Positions 6,425 through 11,819 of a stretch of 11,819 bases of DNA are shown here, piece by piece. The stretch comes from Candidatus Bipolaricaulia bacterium (GTDB lineage: Bacteria > Bipolaricaulota > Bipolaricaulia > JBHIAT01): assembly GCA_046758705.1 (NCBI GenBank), contig JBHIAT010000117.1, forward strand, positions 1 to 11,819, given 5' to 3'. Every line of letters begins with the position of its first letter. Position 1 is the first letter of the stretch. The position numbers and the translations under genes were made by a program. The notes under the pieces were generated by a model, which made no database searches, was not told where the DNA came from, and saw only the letters and a list, made by a program, of their open reading frames with translations.

Positions 6425-6874
6425 GTGAAACTCGACGGAAGTTATACGGTGAATGCTCCTTTAGATCGGGTCTGGAATGCGTTGAACGATCCCGAATTGC
6501 TCATCCAGTGTATCCCGGGCTGCCGGCAGCTGGAGCTCGAAAGCGAAGGTCGATCCGAAAGTCGGTACCGGGCCATGCTGGAGCTGGGGCTCACAGACCC
6601 CAAGGGGCAGTACACCGGGTGGGTCGAGATCTCCGATAAGGTACCCAACTCGCATTGCAGATTGAGCATCGAGGCCACAGGGAACCCAGGGCCGATCCAA
6701 ATCATCGGGATCTTCGATCTCGAGGGGTTGGCCGACAAAACCCATATCACCTACACCGGCGAGGTCCAGGTCAGCGGCAAGATCGCCGGGTTCGGTGACC
6801 ACATGATAAGTGGAATAGCCAAACTGGTGATCAACCAGTTTTTCAAAACGATGGATCGGGAACTATCCCGATGA
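6425..6874 (+). CDS. coxG: CoxG family SRPBCC/START-like protein (carbon monoxide dehydrogenase subunit G-like), 149 aa
   Basis: GTG start giving MKLDGSYTVNAP...VWNALNDPELL..CIPGC, and C-terminal SGKIAGFG..MI...AK..INQFF, typical of CoxG. The ORF-track extension to 6299 overlaps the small gene and is not believed. Confidence 0.85.
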   Translation: MKLDGSYTVNAPLDRVWNALNDPELLIQCIPGCRQLELESEGRSESRYRAMLELGLTDPKGQYTGWVEISDKVPNSHCRLSIEATGNPGPIQIIGIFDLEGLADKTHITYTGEVQVSGKIAGFGDHMISGIAKLVINQFFKTMDRELSR

Positions 6875-6906
6875 CGTGAAGGAGAGACCTGGGAAGGGTT
6901 GATCCG

Positions 6907-7983
<1,077 letters not shown>

Positions 7984-7997
7984 CAAGCAGCTTGAAG

Positions 7998-8843
7998 TCA
8001 AGGAAATAACGGATCCATCCGCATCCGATCGGACGGCTGACATACGGGACAGAAGTAGCTGGGCCGCCCCCCTTGGTCGATCTCCTCGATCTTGGTCGTA
8101 CATCGCTCGCAGGGCCTGCCCGCCCGCTGGTAGACCCGGTGTTCCTCCTGAAACCGACCCTGACTTCCGTCGATGTGGCGGTAGAGGTAGGTAGAGCTGC
8201 CTCCCGCCGCGATCGCCCGTTCCAGAAGCTTTGGGATCTCCTGAAACAGACAGCGGGCCGCCTCGGCCGTCAGACTGTTAGCCGCTCGTTCGGGATGAAT
8301 CCCACACAGGTAAAGGATCTCGTTGGCGTAGATGTTCCCAAGCCCGGCGATCTTGGTCTGATCGAGCAGCAGTCGCTTGATTTCCTGCCTGGATGCAAGT
8401 AGTGCTGAGAATCGCTCGAACGTATAGCCCTCAGTCAACGGTTCGACCCCGAGCTTGGCGATGATCGGCAGTTCCTCGACCGCCTCTGAACGGGCCAGGT
8501 ACAATCGACTGTGGTTATAGATATCATCCAGATGGATCTTCCCCCGGTCCTCGAAGTGGAAGACGGCCTGAAGGTTGAGAACCATCTCCCGATCGACCAG
8601 AAACCGCCCCTCCATCCCCAGGTGGATAAGGAACACATATCCATTGGCAAGATAGAAGATCAGGTATTTGGCCCGCCGACCGACGGACTGGAGCATCTGT
8701 CCGATCGTCTTCTCCCGGAGCTGCTCCTCCCTCAGATTTTGGAGGAGTCCCGGTCGCACGATCTCCAGATCACCCAGGCGATCTCTGGCGAACCGGCCGT
8801 TCAGCCCCCGCCTCGCCGTCTCTACCTCGGGCAGCTCTGACAT
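7998..8843 (-). CDS. mutM: Fpg/MutM-family DNA glycosylase/AP lyase, atypical (N-terminus MSELPEVE), 281 aa
   Basis: ELPEVE, RRAKYL, HLGMEG, H2TH LLDQ..IAGLGNIYANEIL, C4 zinc finger CERC...GR..YFCPVCQ. Start ATG 8843 is set by family alignment. Confidence 0.88.
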   Translation of the reverse strand: MSELPEVETARRGLNGRFARDRLGDLEIVRPGLLQNLREEQLREKTIGQMLQSVGRRAKYLIFYLANGYVFLIHLGMEGRFLVDREMVLNLQAVFHFEDRGKIHLDDIYNHSRLYLARSEAVEELPIIAKLGVEPLTEGYTFERFSALLASRQEIKRLLLDQTKIAGLGNIYANEILYLCGIHPERAANSLTAEAARCLFQEIPKLLERAIAAGGSSTYLYRHIDGSQGRFQEEHRVYQRAGRPCERCTTKIEEIDQGGRPSYFCPVCQPSDRMRMDPLFP

Positions 8844-8883
8844 GACTCTCTCACGACTTTCCCTGTGCCGTCGGTGAGCGGAA

Positions 8884-9375
8884 TTACGGGCGCTTCCAAA
8901 CTCCGCTCCTGCCGTCGCGCTTCTCGAGCAGCTCGATCCTCTCAAGCGTCATCCCCTGCTCAAGTGACTTGGCCATGTCGTAGATCGTCAGCAGAGCCAC
9001 GGAGACGGCGGTGAGTGCTTCCATCTCTACGCCTGTTTTGTCGATGTTCTTGACCGTAGCGTAGGCGGTGATCCGACCCCCATCGTCGTCCGCCTCGGTC
9101 TCGAACTCGAGCTTGATCCCACCGATCCGGATCGGGTGGCACATTGGGATCAGCTCCCAGGTTCGTTTGGCGGCCAGGATCCCGGCGGTCTGGGCAACTC
9201 CCAGGACGTCACCCTTGTTTACATCGCCTGACAGGATCTTCTCCAGGGTCGCTCGGGACATGGCGATTGAGCCCCGGGCGATAGCGACCCGCTCACTATC
9301 AGGCTTTTCGCTGACATCGACCATTCGCGCCCGACCCTGTTCATCGAGGTGGGTCAACCCTTCAGCTTCGTCCAT
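8884..9375 (-). CDS. moaC: Cyclic pyranopterin monophosphate synthase MoaC, 163 aa
   Basis: LTHLDEQGRARMVDVSEK, KGDVL..A..AGI.AAKRT..LIPMCHP, TGVEMEALTAVSVA.LTIYDM.K. SD AGGAGG precedes ATG 9375. Confidence 0.95.
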   Translation of the reverse strand: MDEAEGLTHLDEQGRARMVDVSEKPDSERVAIARGSIAMSRATLEKILSGDVNKGDVLGVAQTAGILAAKRTWELIPMCHPIRIGGIKLEFETEADDDGGRITAYATVKNIDKTGVEMEALTAVSVALLTIYDMAKSLEQGMTLERIELLEKRDGRSGVWKRP

Positions 9376-9409
9376 CTCCGTCTCCTCCTGAGATGCATCG
9401 TCCACCATG

Positions 9410-9439
9410 ATTATAGTCTATCCACTCTTAATCATCCAA
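9410..9439 (-). promoter_or_regulatory. Putative sigma70 promoter for moaC-mutM
   Basis: Minus strand: TTGGAT (9439-9434), 18 nt, perfect TATAAT (9415-9410). Confidence 0.5.
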
Positions 9440-9457
9440 AATTCCACCGGCATTGAG

Positions 9458-9508
9458 TTGCATAACCGTTCGACAAGTCTATATCTTAAGTGGAGTGAAG
9501 ACGGAGGT
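9458..9508 (+). promoter_or_regulatory. Putative sigma70 promoter and RBS for moeA
   Basis: TTGCAT (9458-9463), 18 nt, TATCTT (9482-9487). SD GGAGGT at 9503-9508. Confidence 0.45.
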
Positions 9509-9514
9509 AAGGCA

Positions 9515-10708
9515 ATGGCAGTCAGCAGAGGGTTCAAGCGGCTGGAGCGAGCCGATGAGGCGCTGGAGCGCTTCCTGAAGCGAATCACCCCGTTGGAGCG
9601 GACGGAAGTTGTGGCGCTCGAGGAGGCCGACCGGCGTGTCCTGACCAAGTGGATCGTTTCCGAACGCGACGTGCCTCACTATGATCGCAGTGCCATGGAC
9701 GGTTATGCGATTCGGGCAGAAGATACGTTCGGGGCGTCGCGGATCTCGCCGGCAGTGATGCAGCTTGTCGAGGGTCCCATCGGGCCGAATGAGTGCAGCC
9801 GGGTGAACACCGGGGCCCCGATCCCGCAGGGGGCAGACGCCGTCCTGATGCTGGAATACACCGAGCAGATGGGGGATGAGGTCGAGGTGTTCAAACGGGT
9901 GGCGCGTAGTGAGAACATCGGACGGCGGGGCGAGGATATCGAACGGGGCGCGGTCGTCTTCGAGGCTGGGCATCGACTCAGGCCGGCCGATCTAGGATTG
10001 TTGCGGGCCGTCGGCGTAGAGCAGGTCGATGTTTACGAGAAACCGACCGTCGCTGTGCTGACCACCGGCGAAGAGCTCATCGGACCGGCAGAGGAACCGA
10101 AACCGGGACAGATGATCGACACCAACGGGTTGACCATCTCCTTATATGTGAAGCGCTGGGGCGGTCAGCCGCGCTACCGACAAGCGTTCACCGACAAGCC
10201 GTCCGAGTTGGAAGCGATCCTCAAAGAGAATCTTGACGCCGATCTGCTGGTCTTTACCGGGGGAAGCTCCGTCGGGTCCCGAGATCAGATCGTCGAAGCG
10301 GTCGAACGGCGGGGCGAGGTGCTGACCCATGGTGTCGCCATCCAACCGGCCAAACCGGTCGTCCTGGCGGTTGCAGCCAACAGGCCGGCGATCTGTCTGC
10401 CCGGTTATCCGGCGGCGACCGTCATCGCCGCGCTCCAGTTCCTCAAGCCGGCCGTCGACAGGTTGGCCCGCATCCCGCCGGCCCCGCCGAGGACGGTCCG
10501 GGCGAGTCTGGAGCGCAAGATCACCTCGGAGCTCGGGCTGAAGAGCTTCACCCGGGTGCGGCTCGAAGGCAACGTCGCCCATCCGGTGCGGACCTCCGGT
10601 GCCGGCATTCTGTCTTCGATCGCTCAGAACCACGGCCTGGTGATTACCCCTGAGAACTCGGAGGGCCGGGAGGCAGGGGAAGAGGTCGAAGTGCTGCTGC
10701 TGGAGTGA
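9515..10708 (+). CDS. moeA: Molybdopterin molybdenumtransferase MoeA (gephyrin E-like), 397 aa
   Basis: DVPHYDRSAMDGYA, TGAPIPQGADAV.M.E, TGEEL, DTN, TGGSSVG..D, LPGYP. Start ATG 9515 follows the GGAGGT SD. Confidence 0.95.
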   Translation: MAVSRGFKRLERADEALERFLKRITPLERTEVVALEEADRRVLTKWIVSERDVPHYDRSAMDGYAIRAEDTFGASRISPAVMQLVEGPIGPNECSRVNTGAPIPQGADAVLMLEYTEQMGDEVEVFKRVARSENIGRRGEDIERGAVVFEAGHRLRPADLGLLRAVGVEQVDVYEKPTVAVLTTGEELIGPAEEPKPGQMIDTNGLTISLYVKRWGGQPRYRQAFTDKPSELEAILKENLDADLLVFTGGSSVGSRDQIVEAVERRGEVLTHGVAIQPAKPVVLAVAANRPAICLPGYPAATVIAALQFLKPAVDRLARIPPAPPRTVRASLERKITSELGLKSFTRVRLEGNVAHPVRTSGAGILSSIAQNHGLVITPENSEGREAGEEVEVLLLE

Positions 10709-10737
10709 GGTCAAGGTGATCGGCTCGGCAGCGGGAT

Positions 10738-11817
10738 CTACAGAGCGGACTTCAAAGCTCCGTTTTCGTAAACTCCATACGCTTGAACCGCTTCCACCGC
10801 CGCTTTTAAGTTTTCAGGAGGCGTATTGGCCGCAGCATTACAGAGGTACAACAGGAACTTCCCTCCCATGCCGCCAACCTCAATGTACTTCCTGATCCGC
10901 TCTTTGATCTGCTTTGGGGTGGCTATTGCCAGGAAATCTGCCCCTAACCCCAAAGTCAGCGTCATGCCATGCCGATCCACGTACCGTTTGAAGATCTCGG
11001 GTCCGATCTTCTCCACATCGGGATCCATCGCCAAGATCACCTTCGGAGATGCGTCTCGCTTAAAGTCCAACAGGATCTCGGGTGGGTCGATGATGCTCTC
11101 GCCCCAATAGTTTTGCACTACCCCTTCCCACCCACATGCGTTCCGAATCCTCAACAGATACGGGAGGGCAAACTCTCTCATCGCTTCAACTTTAAGCAAC
11201 GGAGGGGAAGCCAGCGCATCCGCTCCCCCGACGATCGGCTCATCTTTCTTGTTGACTTCTTTCAACATCTGGATCCAGGGGATCAGTACCTCATCGGTCA
11301 GAAACGAAAGAACCGCGTGGACAAAGCTGGGATCGAGGACCGTGTCCATTAAGAATGCCTCCACCCCTCTCACCCGAGTCGCCAACGTAAACGGAGCGGT
11401 GTAAGACATCGACGGATGCCACTTCGGTGTGTCGACCGCTTTTTGGTACGCCTCAAACACCTCCACGACAAACGGCATGCGGCCATCCTCACCGGGGGTC
11501 GGAGGTCTTAGATGGTCCAGGTCGCTCTTCTCCTGGATCAGTGGTTTGCTCTGCACCAACTGAGGCGCTTGGTGATCGTAGTATCGGACCTCCATGCCCA
11601 TCGCCTCGGCCTCGATGTTGTAGGTGTCATAGTCCACATGGGGATCGTCCAGGCCGTACTGTTGTGCCGTTTCCACGATTGATTCCACCAGCAGGGTGCC
11701 GTTGGTATAGAACTCTTTGGCGGAGACGCCGGACTGGGCCATGGCAAACTCATGGATCTGGCCGTATATCGGGACCTGGTCGGGAACCCCTTGCTGTGCC
11801 ATCTTGATGCGATTCAT
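10738..11817 (-). CDS. Uroporphyrinogen decarboxylase superfamily (URO-D/MtaA-CmuA-like) TIM-barrel protein, at least 359 aa; 5' end at the window edge
   Basis: PDQVP, EAEAMG, DGRMP, APFTLA..VRG.E.FL.D...DP, DALAS, GGKFLL.LC, TPPENLKA. The true start may lie beyond 11819. Confidence 0.8.
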   Translation of the reverse strand: MNRIKMAQQGVPDQVPIYGQIHEFAMAQSGVSAKEFYTNGTLLVESIVETAQQYGLDDPHVDYDTYNIEAEAMGMEVRYYDHQAPQLVQSKPLIQEKSDLDHLRPPTPGEDGRMPFVVEVFEAYQKAVDTPKWHPSMSYTAPFTLATRVRGVEAFLMDTVLDPSFVHAVLSFLTDEVLIPWIQMLKEVNKKDEPIVGGADALASPPLLKVEAMREFALPYLLRIRNACGWEGVVQNYWGESIIDPPEILLDFKRDASPKVILAMDPDVEKIGPEIFKRYVDRHGMTLTLGLGADFLAIATPKQIKERIRKYIEVGGMGGKFLLYLCNAAANTPPENLKAAVEAVQAYGVYENGALKSAL

Positions 11818-11819
11818 CT

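Noticed and set aside
8902-8925. MoaC C-terminal EKRDGRSG versus consensus EKSGGKSG as a sign of inactivation
   Set aside because: The Lys and all other core motifs are intact; not enough evidence for loss of function.
8844-8945. Upstream ATG for mutM at 8945
   Set aside because: It overlaps moaC, and Fpg enzymes need the xELPE motif at the extreme N-terminus.
9376-9514. Moco/Wco riboswitch or ModE box between moaC and moeA
   Set aside because: The region is short, is largely occupied by two promoter-like elements, and shows no multi-stem structure or ModE TATAT-N7-TAYAT pattern.

Overview
An 11.8-kb bacterial chromosomal window, moderately GC-rich with clear Shine-Dalgarno sites; the taxon cannot be determined from sequence alone. 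Left (minus strand): a phnD-phnC-phnE-phnE phosphonate/phosphate-type ABC transporter operon. Both permeases carry an N-terminal RDD-like half-domain, and the binding protein has a 44-aa insertion plus a 93-aa extra C-terminal domain. Divergent from it (plus strand): a YclD/PhdC-like FMN split-barrel gene coupled to ubiX, with no ubiD in the window. Next is a collapsed squalene-hopene cyclase pseudogene, in which a Tat-like leader and the SHC N-terminus are fused directly to the frameshifted SHC C-terminus. It is followed by a new promoter, a 2-TM small protein, coxG and prfA. Right: moaC and an atypical mutM/fpg (catalytic Pro2 replaced by Ser, RxF void-filling motif lost) on minus, a divergent archaeal-style moeA on plus, and a URO-D/MtaA-superfamily gene running to the right edge. 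No RNA genes, CRISPR arrays or mobile elements were seen. All family assignments come from motif recognition by eye, not database searches.
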